Shown: piece by piece, positions 21,230 through 34,850 of the stretch
How positions within the stretch are numbered: position 1 is the stretch's first letter
How the letters are laid out: each line of letters opens with the position of its first letter
Source of the DNA: Gnetum montanum
Taxonomy: Eukaryota; Plantae; Gnetophyta
DNA length: 64,000 nucleotides
NCBI GenBank assembly: GCA_015680685.1
Contig: MNCI01000001.1
Span: 378,524-442,523, forward strand
Direction: 5' to 3'
The notes under the pieces: model-generated
What the model was told of the DNA's origin: nothing
What the model saw: only the letters and a program-made list of their open reading frames with translations
The model's database searches: none
Made by a program: the position numbers and the translations under genes

Positions 21230-23790
21230 CTTTGGGTTCCAAGAATGGCTTAACTTATTTTAGGTTTACCAAAAGTCATATTTCAGAGCTTGATGAGTGG
21301 TAGATGATCATGGATTTGGAAGAAAAAGTTGCATATATGATGTAAGATCCTTTCCATTATGTTTGAAACTTAGTGCATTGTGGCATATGCATGGAATTCT
21401 AATAAAGAACCTTATCACCAAGTTGGAATTTAACTCTTCTTATCTATGCATCATGACATTGTTTGAAGTGTATCTTATGTATCTCATTCATCATTAGCAC
21501 TACTTGTTAGTTCTTATCTAGCACATTGAGTATCACTAGTCATTCTTTTTGTACTAGATTAATGTTAAGGTTAAGCTTATAGACCATTTTGAGTGTATGG
21601 ATTTTGGCTTGAATTGAAAGTTTTGGTAACTTTCTATACACTAACTCATAGGAAGAGTAGACTATAGGAAGCTTCCAAGTTGAATGATATGTCCAAAGAG
21701 CATCGTTGAGTTTAGTACTCTAGTCCTTTCTATATCTATAAATTATTTATGTTAGTATTGTAGTGATTTTCCTATTTATGAATTCAACTTGATCATTAGC
21801 TTTGGGGTGATAGAAGGTTGTGAGTTTATGTTGCATCCTCAAGTGTTGCACTAGTTTCTAAAAAGTAGAACCTGAGAAGTGGATTCCATTATCAGAAATG
21901 AGTGTTCTAGGCATACCAAACCTATTTACCACATGTAGTTATACAAGTTGAGCTACAATGGTAGATGTATAGTCTAATACTATTTTAGCTTTAAACCTCT
22001 TAATACAATAGTCAACAACAACAATGATGTAAGCCATCCTATTTAACATGAGAGTAATGGTTCCCATGAAGTCAATGCCCTAGAGGTCGAAAGGCTCTAT
22101 TGGTCAGATCCACCATTGGATCCCTTTCAGTGGTGTAGTTATTTCTCCATCTATTTAATAGTGCTCACATGAATGAAAGAAATGATAAGAATCTCTAAAG
22201 ATCATTGGTCATAAATATTATTCCATGAGAATCTTCATAGTTATCCTCCCCATGTAGTGGCCCCCAAAAGAACCCTCATGAGCATCTTGATGGATGTGAA
22301 ACTAATCATCATCAAGTACATACCATCAAATTAGGCCATTGGAAAAAACCTCATAAAAGTTACCATGTATTTCCATGTATTAGTTAACCTAATGAAGAAA
22401 CTATTATTTCATCTTATTGTCCCATTCAGCTTAGATCTCCTGGGTGAGAAGATAGGAGAGGAACTCATGATACTAATTGGCAATCTTAGGTTCTTCAATA
22501 TTAATGGATTTAGCAAAGAGGAGTTTATCTAAAAACTAATTAGATAAAGGCTTCTTATCCTCTTTTTTGTCTCATCATAACTAAAACAAGTGATTGAAAA
22601 CCACATTCTTAGGTTTTTTTCTTATTCATCATGGTTAGATCAAATTCCTACAAAATCACTAGCCATCATATGACACGAGAGCTCATCATCAACTTATTCA
22701 TTAGGAAATGGATGGTACTATGGTTATTATATACAAAGATTTGATATCCAAGAACATGGTGCTTGAATTTTTTTAAGACATACACCATTGCCATAAGCTT
22801 CTTTATAGTGGTTGTGTAATTCAGTTATACATCCACAATGCTTCTTCTTGTACAATGGATGTAATATGGGCATTTTTGATCATTCAATTGTATAAGAACC
22901 ATCCCCAATATGTAGTTGGATGCATTGTTTATTATGTGAAATGATCTAGATCAATTTGGAGCATATAGAATGGGAGTTTCTATGAGCATATTCTTTAACT
23001 GCTAGAATTCTTATTTGCATTTGTTGATCTAGTTAAAAGATGTATTTTTCTTTGTAAGTTTGACTAGTGGTTGGTGATTTTTGGGAAATTCTTGATAAAG
23101 AACCTATAGTAACTAGTATATCCAAGGAATGACCTCACATCTTTTATAGTTTGAGGTTATCTAGTTATTTTCTTGATCACTTCTACTTTCTCCAAGTCCA
23201 CCTCAATCTCATTTCCTGAAATTCAATGCTCCAAAATAATGTCTTCTTGAATTATCAAATGGACATTTTCCCAATTAATCCATAAATTTATCTCTACAAA
23301 ATGCTTCAATACTTGCTATAGATGGTCCAAAGCTTATTCAAAATTGGTACCATAAGTGGAGAAGTCATTCATAAAGACTTCTATACCAATACTAATTTGT
23401 TGTTGAAAAATACTAAGTACTAGGCATTAGAAAGTTTTAGGAGTCTTACATAGGCCAAAGGACATCTTCTTATATTTAAAATTTCCCTAGGGAATTTTGA
23501 AAGTTGTTTTGGCCTAGTCTTCTAATGTTATTTGAATTTGGTTATAATCACTATAACCATCCAGAAAACTGTACTAGTTATGCTCTACAGTTATATCCAA
23601 CACCTAGCCCACAATTGGCAATGGAAAAATATCTTTAAATTTTTACATATTCAATAGCCTAAAGTCTATAGAAATCTTCCATTTTCCTTTTTTCTTTGGT
23701 ATAATCATGAGTAGGCTTACCCACTTACTTTTTGCTATAGGATAAATGAATCCTGCCTTAAGGAGTTATTCCACTTCATCCTTAATAACT
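21230..23790 (-). pseudogene. Decayed Ty3/gypsy pol (RT-RNaseH-integrase) of unit 2; gag-protease deleted
   Basis: Minus-strand motifs: SMKQVIKDEV (~23780), YSFLDGYSDYNQI (~23560), VFMNDFS (~23370), NYTTTIKKLMAMV (~22810), DAHEGSFGGHY (~22270), GIDFMG (~22070), STKLNDALWTY (~21700) and KGSYII (~21345). Confidence 0.85.
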
Positions 23791-24517
23791 TGCTTCATGC
23801 TGATGGCTATCATCCTTCCTTTGATGCTTGTGACCATGATCGCGATCATGATCTCCTTTGTCCCCATTTTCTTGACTTGCTTCTTCGGATCCATTTTTGT
23901 CATTAATCCATTTTAACTAGAACTAGGATTATACATTCTAGTTGAGGGCTCCTTGAATAAAGCCAAAGAGAGGAGAATCACTAAAGAAGTAGTCACCTTC
24001 ATCAATTGGGCCAAGTAGAGGTGGAAAGATATTTGACCCATTTCCCTTCACAAGCTCATGTTGGTGCTCTAGCTACTAATCCCTTAATTTTTGTGCTTCA
24101 ATGGGATGATAATCCCTTGAGTTGAGATCTCACATCTCGTATTCTCCATGGAGATGTTGAAGCTTGTGTCATGTGAGCATTAGCTAGAGCATTTCTAGAA
24201 TAGATTGGTTAGGTGACAACACAATGTTGCCTTTCATATCATGGCACTACATCAGTTCATCTTGATGTAAGATGAAGGTAAAGTCTGGTACATACTCATT
24301 GGGATGAGCATACACCACCTAGTATTGTTGAGGCACCTAAACTGCCCTGGGCAAAGATGGGCTCCTATAAGAAGAAGACATTTTTTGTTAATAAATAGTG
24401 TGTAGTTGAGATTTAATTTAATTATAATAAATTTTTTTTGTAGGATTTTACTCTTACGGTTCGAACAACGAGATTACTAAGTTTCACTAGGTTTAGATAG
24501 CACACGAAGAACTATAG

Positions 24518-24536
24518 TCCTTGACAATGGTGCGAA
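24518..24536 (-). promoter_or_regulatory. Primer-binding site, tRNA-Asp type (Athila), decayed
   Basis: + strand TCCTTGACAATGGTGCGAA versus the tRNA-Asp 3' end TCCCCGGCAACGGCGCCA; directly adjacent to the LTR terminus. Confidence 0.75.
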
Positions 24537-25069
24537 TGATGAGTAGCAAGGTACCCCTATGCCCAACCATATGAATCACAAGCATTCATGTGCAATCCAG
24601 TTGAATTCCACAAACTATAATTACTAAGTGTACTAGAGCTAAATAGTGTGTGCATGTTGTTTGTTCGTTGTGTTCCCAGTTCCACTTGTGGAATGCAATT
24701 GTATGATTAAGTGTGAATGAGGCATAAGAATTTTAGTATTTTGTGTTTTAATGGAATTACTCACCTAGAATCAGAATAAAAGTAAAGGTGAATAAAAGTA
24801 AGAGCGATTAATTGCTAAGTAAACTATAGTCTAATCTAGCCTAACACAAGTAACTATTCCCACTTCTCGAACATATCCTAAACATTGTACAAACAATGTT
24901 GGGCTGTCAAATGCTAGTTCTTTCTGACCTACCAAGTGTCACACTATATTTATAGACTTCGGAGTAACCCTATAATATTGAGTGTACGATATCACATCTT
25001 AGGCCACGATATCATGTACTTGATATTGCGGCCACCCTAATATCAGAGTGATGAAAATACGATTTATCA
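24537..25069 (-). mobile_element. Internal shared LTR (LTR2) with a 330-bp deletion
   Basis: TGATGAG...TTTATCA, homologous to 33699-34576 and 58562-59409, with a PBS on its left and a PPT-like tract (25070-25103) on its right. Confidence 0.88.
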
Positions 25070-27369
25070 TATCCCCACGACTAAATAAAAACTCTTCCTT
25101 GAGTACAAAAGAAGAGGATTGATTCCTTTATAAAATATAATAGGGGATGTTGACTTATTTGATTGACATGCAGAGTGACAGAGAAAATATACAAATACAT
25201 TAGTGCCCAAGCATACAATATTAACGTTGAATGTTCATGACAATAGGAAGGAACACCAATAGATCCAAAGGACATACAACCCCTCTTGGCAATAGAAGAA
25301 TGAGGGAGAGGTAGTAGAGATCCAGTGATTAGGAACAATATCCCATGAGTGATATGATTACATCCTCCTTGGTGATGATAGTCCTGCTTCTAGTCTACAC
25401 TTCCCACTACAATCACAAAAAAACTAAGGATTAGTATTTATAGTGTAATAGATAATGGCTAAGTACCTTCTCTCNTCTTGGTGATGATAGTCCTGCTTCC
25501 AATCTACACTTCCCACTACAATNTCCAATAGATCCAAAGGACATACAACCCCTCTTGGCAATAGAAGAATGAGGGAGAGGTAGTAGAGATCCAGTGGTCA
25601 GGAACAATATCCCATGAGTGATATGATTACATCCTTCTTGGTGATGATAGTCCTGCTTCCAATCTACACTTCCCACTACAATCACAAAAAAACTAAGGAT
25701 TAGTATTTATAGTGTAATAGATAATGGCTAAGTACCTTGTCTCATCGATGATTTTATCTAGCCAGGTTTTGATTGTGATAGATTGGTTACTTAATGTTGT
25801 TAGTGGAAAGACTGACGAATGGGTTAAGTAAGAGAAGCAATCCATACAATTCAGAAAAAACTTAACACAAGTAGCATTGGAAAGAGGGTATTCACAACAA
25901 TAAAAAGGAGCTCATTACAAATAGTTGTGAAGGTGCATACAATTGGATGACATGGATGGGATAAATAAAAATAATTTGATTGTAACAATGTCTACGAATA
26001 AAGAACTTAACTTGACCAAACCAAAAGATATGCAAGTGGGTCCTCCCCAAAGTAGGCATAGGCCTCTTATGCCCTTGTATAACTTCAAACCAAGGAGTCT
26101 GTGGGCACCATGGATGATTATTGGTTATGAAAAGTTAAGTACAAAAATCCAAAAGTAACTAATTGAGAAACTAGACACATCAAACTAGAACATTGAATCA
26201 AAACATGAAACTGGTAGTGAGATGTGTTATGAAAAGCATTGATGGATGATAGAGAGAGTGGAATGGAGTTCTTAATTATGATCACATACAGTCCCTTGTG
26301 GAGTTTGTGATTAAATGACTTGGTAGGATCCATCCTTAGTCTAGATCAAAACCAACCACTTTCAGTGACTTCACATTGACATTCTAAGGCTAGTCCATCC
26401 CCTGAGATACAAGAATGCTCCCACAAAACAACCACTATTCCAAATTGGAGTGAAGGTAGGAAGTGAGAAAGGGCCTTAGTTAAAGGAGACAAGAAAAGTC
26501 TCATAACTAGTGCTTGTAGCTCTTTTATTTGGTCTAAGGGGTGTGCTTTGAATTCCCATGTTTGTTTGTTTGTTTGGTTTTTTTGAATGGAAACCACACC
26601 ATACAAAGACTCCATGCATTTTATGCATTTATTTTGTCGAAGGGTGTGCTTTGAATCCTCATATTTTTTTTATGAGGAAAACACCATGCAAGGACTTATT
26701 TGACTTCCTATTATGAAATGATGCTGAATGGTGAGAAGCTTCCAAGAACACTCCTACACAGGAAAATAGAAAAGCACAAAGAATATCGCATCCCTTTGAA
26801 GCCACACCCTATCCAAACCTTTGAATCCTTCCTAATTCCAGAAACTACACAAGTTACCAATTTTATTAAAGTTGTATTAATGAAGAAGAGACTACATGCT
26901 TTCAAAACAAGGAAAACCATAGAGTATGTGAATGGGTGGATGATGTGGACTCACTGCCTATTACATGAAAAGAAACCATGTCCGAGTCGTTAGTAATGAC
27001 ATTCAAAGTTAGAAAACAAACATCAACAATCAAATTACAAATAAAGCATACCACCATCAAGTAGTGCATTACCATTGTACCTTCCACCTTATTAGTAGAA
27101 AAAGTAGGGAAACACATCAAACATAAGAAAACATAACCATAAAAGAAAGTAAAAGAGTAGACAATAGATGTTAAATATATTAACATTGGTGTAAAAAAAA
27201 CTAAGAAAAGACCAATAACCTTAAAAATACAAATATGTAATATAAAGATGTAAAATAAAGAAGATGAAAACAAAAAGTTGTAAAATCAAAACTATGTAAA
27301 ACAAAAAGGTCAAAAACTGAGGAGCCACCTAAGGTGTTAGTATGGGTGACCATCTTTCCCATGACTAAG

Positions 27370-30300
27370 TTAGAAGGGAGAGATCCAAAATATTGAGCGT
27401 GGTTGTCCATCTGACGAGGTGTTTGTTGCATTGGTTGGCTTGAGCTTATGGAAAGGTTTCATTTGTTGAATGTTGACTAGTTGTTTCTTGTCTAAGCTAT
27501 CAGGTTTGTAGATGATCATGGCCCTAGATGAAAAAGTTTCATCAATGATGTAAGGTCCTTCCAACAATGTTTGAAATTTGGTTTGTTGGGGTACATGTGT
27601 AGGATTCCAATAGAGAACCTTGTCTCCTAGTTGAAACTTGAGTTTTATTATTTTAAGGTCATGGTGTTTCTTGTTGAATGCCTTATGCATTTCATTGGAT
27701 AATAGGGCCATTAACTGATTTTCATCTAGCAAGTTGAGACTCATTAATCATTCTTTCTATGCTAGACTTAGATCTAGGTCAAGGTCATAGGCTGTAGAGA
27801 GTGTACAGAGCTTGGATTGGATGGGAAATGTTGGTAGTTTTTCATACACAAGCTCATAGAGAGAATAACCTATGGGAAGTTTCCATGTGGAGCATTCGCC
27901 CAAAGGGCATCATTTAATTTAGTGCTCTAATCCCTTTAGTAGTTTTTAATGGTATGTGTTAAGATTTATGTAATCTCTCGATTAGTGACCTTAGCTTGGC
28001 CATTGGCCTAGGGGTGATATGATGTTGTGAGTTTACGTTTAACCCCCAAGTGTTGCATCAACTTCTAGAAAGTGGCACCTGTAAAATGAGTTCCCAATCA
28101 GAAATTAATGCACAATGTACACCAAACTTGTTTACAATATTTTGTTAGACAAATCGAGCAGCAGTGGTGGATGTACAATTGGTGATAACTATTGCTTCTT
28201 TCCACTTGGTATAATAGTCAACTACGACTATTATATATGCCTTTCTATTTGATAAAGGTGTGATGGGATCCATAAAGTCAATGCCCCAAATTTTGAATGG
28301 TTTAAGAGGTTGTATTCATTGTTGTGGCCCCTCCATTCGAGCTATCATTCCACCATCCCTTTGGCAATGAACACAAACATGAACAAATTGATGTGCATCC
28401 CTAAAGATTGTTGGCCAATAATGCCCTGCCATGAGGATTTTTATGGTTGTGTGTCTCCCAGCATAATGGCCCTGACAAGGACCTTCATGAGCATCTTGGA
28501 GAACACATAGTTGATCCATATCACAGACACACTAATGTACTAGTCCATTAGGAAAAACCTTGTAAAGGTTTTCATTAATCTCCAGAAAATATTTAACCTG
28601 ATGAAGAAATAGTTATTTCTTTCTAGTATCTAGCCCTTGTGGTAGTTCTTGCTTAAGTAGATAAGTGAGGATGGTATCATACCATTTTAGTTCATTGGTA
28701 ATTTGTGCATTAATAGCACCTGCAAGGAGAGATTCATCAAGGAATTGATCAGATAAAGAGCTATCTTTCTTCTTGTTATCCCATCTCAGTCACGATAAGT
28801 GATTCATCTCACATTCTCCACACCTTTACAATCTACCATCGTGAGATCAAATTTCTTCAAAATCACAAGCCACCGTATAACATGGGGGCTCACCATTGGT
28901 TTTTTCATTAGAAGTCTGATGGCACTATGATCTATGTGCACAAACACTTTATAGCCAAGCGCATAGTGCCTAAACTTCTCTAAAGTGAACACCACTGCCA
29001 TCAACTCCTCTTCTATGGTGGTGTAGTTTAGTTGTGCACCTGCGATGCTCTGGCTTACGCAGTGAATGTAATATGAATGTTTTTGATCATCCATCTGTGT
29101 AAGCACTGCTCCCAAAGCATAATTCAATGCATCAGTCATCACATGAAATGGTCTGGACCAATCTGGTGCTTGAAGAATGGGAGTTTCAACAAGCTTTTAC
29201 TTCAATTTTTAAAATACTAATTCACATGCAAGGGTCCAAATGAATGATGCATCCTTTTTTGTTAATTCTACTAACAGCTTGGCAATTTTGAAAAACTTCT
29301 TGATAAATCATGGGTAATAGCTAGTATGACCAAGGAATGACTAAACTTCTTTGACTATTTCAGGTTGGCGGGTTATTCCTTGGATGATCCTTATTTTTTT
29401 TAAGGTCCACCTCAATTCTTGCTTTGGAGATGTGATGCCCCAAGACTGTGCCTTCCTGGACCATGCCATGGCTCTTTTGCCAATTGAGCCAGAGGTTTTT
29501 TTCAACACATCTCTTCAACACCTACTTAAGAAAGTCTAGGGATTACACAAACATAGCTCCATAGGTAGAAAAATCATCTATAAAGACTTTTACCCCGCTA
29601 CTGATTTGTTGTTGGAAAATGCTAAGTAATCATTAAAATGTGCTTGGGGCATTGCATAGACCAAATGGAATTTGTCAGTAGGCAAAAGTTCCCTAAGGAC
29701 TTGTGAAAGTTGTCTTTTCTTGGTCCTTTGGTGAAAACCAAATTTGATTATAGCCACTATAACTATCTAGAAAGCTATAAAAGTTGTGCCCTGAAATGGT
29801 GTCTAGCACATGGTTGACGAAAGGCAATGGAAAATGATCCTTGAAAATTGCCATATTGATCAGCTAAAAGTCAATGCACACCTACCATTTCCCTCCTTTC
29901 TTTGGCACAATCATGGGTGGGCTAATCCACTCACTATCTATGATAAGGTAAATGAATCCCACTTTGAGGAGTTTTTCAATCTTCTCTTTGACAATCTATT
30001 TTAACTTGGGATTCGAATGCTGCTACTGCTGTTGTTTCAACTTGAGAATAGGGTCGATGTATATTCGGTCTTGGCATATTCTTAGATCTATCCCAGTGAG
30101 TTTGGAATATGATTAGGCAAAGGCTGCTAACCATTTTTTCACAACTTTTATTAATCTTTTCTTTTATTTTGCAACAAGCTTGGTATTAATAATAACCAGA
30201 CTTCCATTTTTCAAAAATACATACTCCATTCTAGCCGATAGTTTCTTCAATTCAAGGGGCTCTTGGTTAAAATTATTAGAAATTTTTAGTTCACCCCAAT

Positions 30301-33200
30301 TAACATCATCATTTGCTTCTTCGAAGAGCTGGTGGTGAACTTGCTCAAGTTTATCCATACTTACAACGTATTCATACATTAGGCCCTCAATCAGTTCCAT
30401 ACATAATGTACTACTGCTAGCATCAGCTATCAACCACTTGGTGCCCTCTTGTTTTGTGACTATTGTGTATAGACATCTTTGGATCTTAGCTTCTAGTACA
30501 CACTACTTACATGCAGAGATAGATTTTTTCTTTACTGATCATAACTTTTGCACATAATGGCACCCTGAATTGTTGTATGTGATTCATGGAACTCTCTTCT
30601 TCTCAATCTTTTCAAATTAATTTTCTTTTGATATCTCCAAAGAAAGATCTCTAATGCCAATTTTGGCATCAATAGTACTTAGCCACGTCCTTCCCATAAT
30701 AGTTGAAAAGTCCCCCTTACAGTTCTCCACTTTGATTACTAGGAAATCAGTGGGATATGACCACCCACAAATGGTGGTGATGATGTCTTTAACTAATCTC
30801 AATGGAACAATGATGGATTGGTCTACTAGTTCCAACTAGATGTTGCTCTTCTTCAAAGGAGGAAATTTCTACATTTTGTATATCTCATGCAAGATCAGAT
30901 TAACACCGAAACCAAAGTCAAGAAAAGCTTTGCAAGGCTCATTCCTGATAATTTGCAAGTAAACCAAGGGACTCTTAAGATCTACTAATTTTCTAAGTAG
31001 GTTACCAACTCAAATCTAATCAGATACAACATGTGTCAACATTATAGTATGGATTCAAAAAGGATTTTGATTTGAAGGGGACTTGGATAGTGAGGAAACA
31101 AAGGAAGTTGGAGGAGTAGGGTTACCAACCACTGATGTATCAAATGGCTTTAGTGGACTATGAGGTTGGAATAAGGATCTTTTCTTTATTCGTGGTTCTA
31201 ACCTACTAGATGGGTTAACTAATTGTAAGTTAACTACCCTCATAGCATTTCTTTGTTGTGGTTGTGTAGGAAATTCAGCATGCATGGATGGAGCAAGCGG
31301 TAGTTGTGTAGGAGGTGGAGGAGTAGGTGTAGGAATAGGAGATGCATGAGGCTAGTAGGTGATATCCCTCCTTGGATAGGGTGATTGGTATATTTTAGGA
31401 GAGTAATGGTGAGGCTGGTAAGTAGCAACATGACCAGAGGAGTCTTGTGGAAAAGAAGGTTGTTGAACATAGTAGTCATAGGGATCTAGTTGTTGGTAAG
31501 GGTATTATTGTCTTGGAGGGGGCAATGCCCATGATTGTGATTGCTACCACTACTGGTACAATTCATAGGGTTGCACAAGAGTTCCACTTGGATAGTATTA
31601 CTATGGTTGGTAAAACTGTCGAAGATTTCCTTGTGGATAAGATAATCTTTTGGGCATTTGCCTTTGTGCAAGTCATGGATGTAAGGCATACACCCCAAAT
31701 TCTTGCAAGTGTGATATAACTGGATAACATCCCTTAGGATGTTCATGCTGGTAGACATCACATCCACCATCATCATTTGAGTTTCTATCCATAGCCATCT
31801 CTATTGCAGCCATTTTACCTTTACCCTTAGATATGGCATGTTCAGACTTCTTATGCCTCCGATGCTCATGCTCACCACCTTTCTCCTTAGACTCTTCAAA
31901 AAATTTTGCAATAGCTTGAAACCTATTGTCCATGGAGTCCCATAATTGATCAACCTTAGTTGTGATTTCTTATTGAAATTTCTAGAATGACAAAATTTTC
32001 TAATTAACCACCTCATCTTTGGTGAATTCATCCTCACTATCACAAAATTCTACCGACCTTTTTTTGAATAGAAGGGTCTCTATTATTTTCTTTTGAACTT
32101 TCATGTTTTCTTAGCTCTCCCTCCTTCTTGGCTACCTAAATTATTTTTTGAATTTGACATATGATTAACTTTGTTAATCTCTCTTGGGCATAGATGCTAA
32201 GGATTTTCCTGGTTTCAGACTACAACCTATCTATGATATGGTAAAACTGATCAAGTTGAGAGTATCCATGGTTGGGACACCTATGCAATAGAGATTAGTA
32301 TCGACCAGTAGTAGCATCCAAGGGCTCATGATTTCCTTGTTTTCACCCCTAAATTTATTTTCTTAGATTGGATACTTGGGAGTACGTTTGATATTTGTCA
32401 TTGAATAATTCCAACATTGTACTCCACCACCTCATCAATTCTAGTTCCAAGGATCAATACCAATTTTCTGCTTCCTTTATGAGTGTCCTTGGAAATAATT
32501 TCAGCTTTTGCTAGTCATTTTCAATATTCTACAAAGCACATGCATCTTGGAAGGCCTAAAGATGATTTTGTGAATCAAAATCATATCCTCCCTCAAACCA
32601 AGGGATGTTGCTCATATCTAGCCTCTTTATCCTATTGTTCTTCACATGCCTTATTGGAATCCTCATAGCCTCTGCAATATTTAACATGCCTTGAGTAGCA
32701 AGTAGAGATTCATCAAGGCCATGATGGTGGTGCCTATGATGTTCCCTACTAGCCCTTCTTTCTTGATGATGGGCCCCTCTAGATTATCCACATCTTCGAT
32801 CATGAATATCTCAATGGTCCCTTCTGTTATTTTGGTTTCATTAGTCACCCCCATCATGGTTATTTCTTCTACAACCATGATTTGAACCAGATGAAGAAGA
32901 TGATTATGATGATGAAGGGGAAGAAGAAGGAGAACTTGCTTTGTGCTAATGCCTATCATCCTTCCTTTGATTCTTGTGATCACAATCGCAATCATGATCT
33001 CCTTTATTCCCCTTTTCTTGACTTTCTTCTTTAGATCCATTTTTTTCATTGGATTCATTTTCACCAAAATCTAGGATTATGGATTATGGATTGTACATTC
33101 TAGTTGAGGGCTCCTTGAACAAAGTCAAAGAGAGGAGAATTACTAAAGAAGTGGTCACCTTTATCAATTGGGCAAAGTAGAGGTGGAAATATATTTGACC
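27370..33200 (-). pseudogene. Decayed gag-pol of Athila-type Ty3/gypsy unit 1 (gag-PR-RT-RH-INT, no chromodomain seen)
   Basis: Knuckle-like CDVYQHEHPKGCYP (~31740); protease AFLDFGFGVNLI (~30915); RT VFIDDFS (~29580); RNaseH TDALNYALGAVL...NYTTIEEELMAVVFTLEKFRHY (28804-29142); integrase HHCC AHEGPCQGHY...CVHCQR (28316-28519); GPY/F module (27370-27744). The 5' boundary is approximate. Confidence 0.93.
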
Positions 33201-33679
33201 CCTTACCCTTCACAAGCTTGTGTTGGTGCTCTAGCTACTGATTCCTTAATTTTTGTGCTTCAGTGGGATGATAATCCCTTGAGTTGGGATCTCACATCTT
33301 GTATTCTCCATGGAGATGTTGAAGCCCATGTCATGTGAGCATTAGCTGGAGCATTGCTAAAATAGATTAATCAGGTGGCATCACAATGTTTCCCTCCATA
33401 TCGCGCCACCACATCAGTTCATCTTGATGTAAGATGAAGGTAAAGTCTGGTACATACTCATTGAGATGAGCATACACCACTTGGTATTGTTGAGACACCT
33501 AAACTACCTTGGGCAAAGATGGGCTCCTATGAGAAGAAAACATTTTGTGTTAATAAATAGTGTAGTTGAGATTTAATGTATTTATAATAATTTTTGTTTT
33601 CATAGGATTTGATTCTTAGGGTTTGAACAATGAGAGTACTAAGTTTCACTAGGTTTAGATAGCACATGAAGAACTAAAA

Positions 33680-33698
33680 TCCCTGGCAACAATGCCAA
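33680..33698 (-). promoter_or_regulatory. Primer-binding site, tRNA-Asp type
   Basis: + strand TCCCTGGCAACAATGCCAA next to the LTR terminus TG at 33699. Confidence 0.8.
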
Positions 33699-34576
33699 TG
33701 ATGAGTGTCAAGCTACCCCTACATCCAACCATATGAATCACAAGCGTTCACATGCAATCTGGTTGAATTCTACAGACTATACTTACTAAGTGCGCTAGAG
33801 CTAAATAGTGTGTGCATGTTGTTCATTTGTTGTCTTCCCAGTCCCACTTGTGGAGTGCAATTGTATGGTTAAGTGTGACTGAGGCATAAGAATTTTAGTA
33901 TTTTGTGTTTTAATGGAATTACTCACCTAGAATAAGAATAAAAGTAAAGGTGAATAAAAGTAAGAGCGATTAATTGCTAAGTAAACTATAGTCTAATCTA
34001 GCCTAACACAAGTAACTATTCCCACTTCTCGAACATATCCTGAACATTGTGCAAACACTGCTGGGCTATCAAACACTAGTTGTTTCTGACCTACCAAGTG
34101 TCACACGTATGCTTAAAGGGGTCATGCTTGTGTAATTTAATGATTTTCTTAATTGATCAAAATTAATTTCTACATAAATATCATTAATGTAAATTTCATG
34201 AAATATAAATGCATAAGAAAGAAAATATCAAGTGCTGCAAGGAATGGATCAAAGAGCTCCTCTTTATTGCCAACACAATTGTGTGCTCAGGTACATTAAT
34301 GCTTGAATAAAGATCCATTCACACTTAGATCTTCTGCTATGGGGACTTGGAAAATATTCTAACTTTCAAATGGAAAAATTGCAAGAGTTTCGCTACTAAC
34401 TACTAAAAACTTCCTCCCAATTATGCACTTGGGCGCTATATTTATAGAGTTGGGAGTAACCCTATGATATTGAGTGTATGATATTGCATCTTAGGCCACG
34501 ATATCGCATACCCAATATTGTGTACCCGATATCATAGCCACCCCAATATTGGAGTGATGAAAAACACAATTTATGA
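33699..34576 (-). mobile_element. 5' LTR (LTR1, ~878 bp) of the composite
   Basis: Aligns end to end with 58562-59409; the outer terminus reads AATTTATGA rather than AATTTATCA. Confidence 0.88.
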
Positions 34577-34850
34577 ATAAGCTACAAGAATGGTAGCTTA
34601 GAGTATTTGAACATGTGCAAAGAAGATGAAACAATAAGTCTATAAGCAAAGGTTGCTACATCACTATTTTAGTAAAGCTATTGAAAGGAAGATGAAAGAA
34701 TAAATGGGAAAAAATCATGAAAGTTGATTTGAAGAAACTATAAATAAATAAAGATCTAGCTCTTCATTGAGGTGAATTATGGAAAATAACTCATGTAGCC
34801 AACCCCATTTTATTGGGACAAGGCTAGGATGACGATGATAATGATGATGA
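34577..34850 (+). mobile_element. RTE-clade LINE 3' fragment with (GAT)n tail
   Basis: About 80% identical to the reverse complement of 14853-15125. It encodes FEHVQRR and ends CATGTAGCCAACCCCATTTTATTGGGACAAGGCTAGGATGACGATGATAATGATGATGA. Confidence 0.8.

Larger units (their letters stand above)
8693..29981 (+). repeat. Large direct duplication, copy A
   Basis: Collinear with 41813-64000 (offset 33120 at the start, 34019 at the end). Paired ORFs include 13294/47004, 21297/55309, 25943/60028 and 27370/61414. Confidence 0.97.

Noticed and set aside
25256-25745. Local triplicated/duplicated segments
   Set aside because: Bounded by single n at 25475 and 25523 and single-copy in copy B; overlapping contig ends, not biology.
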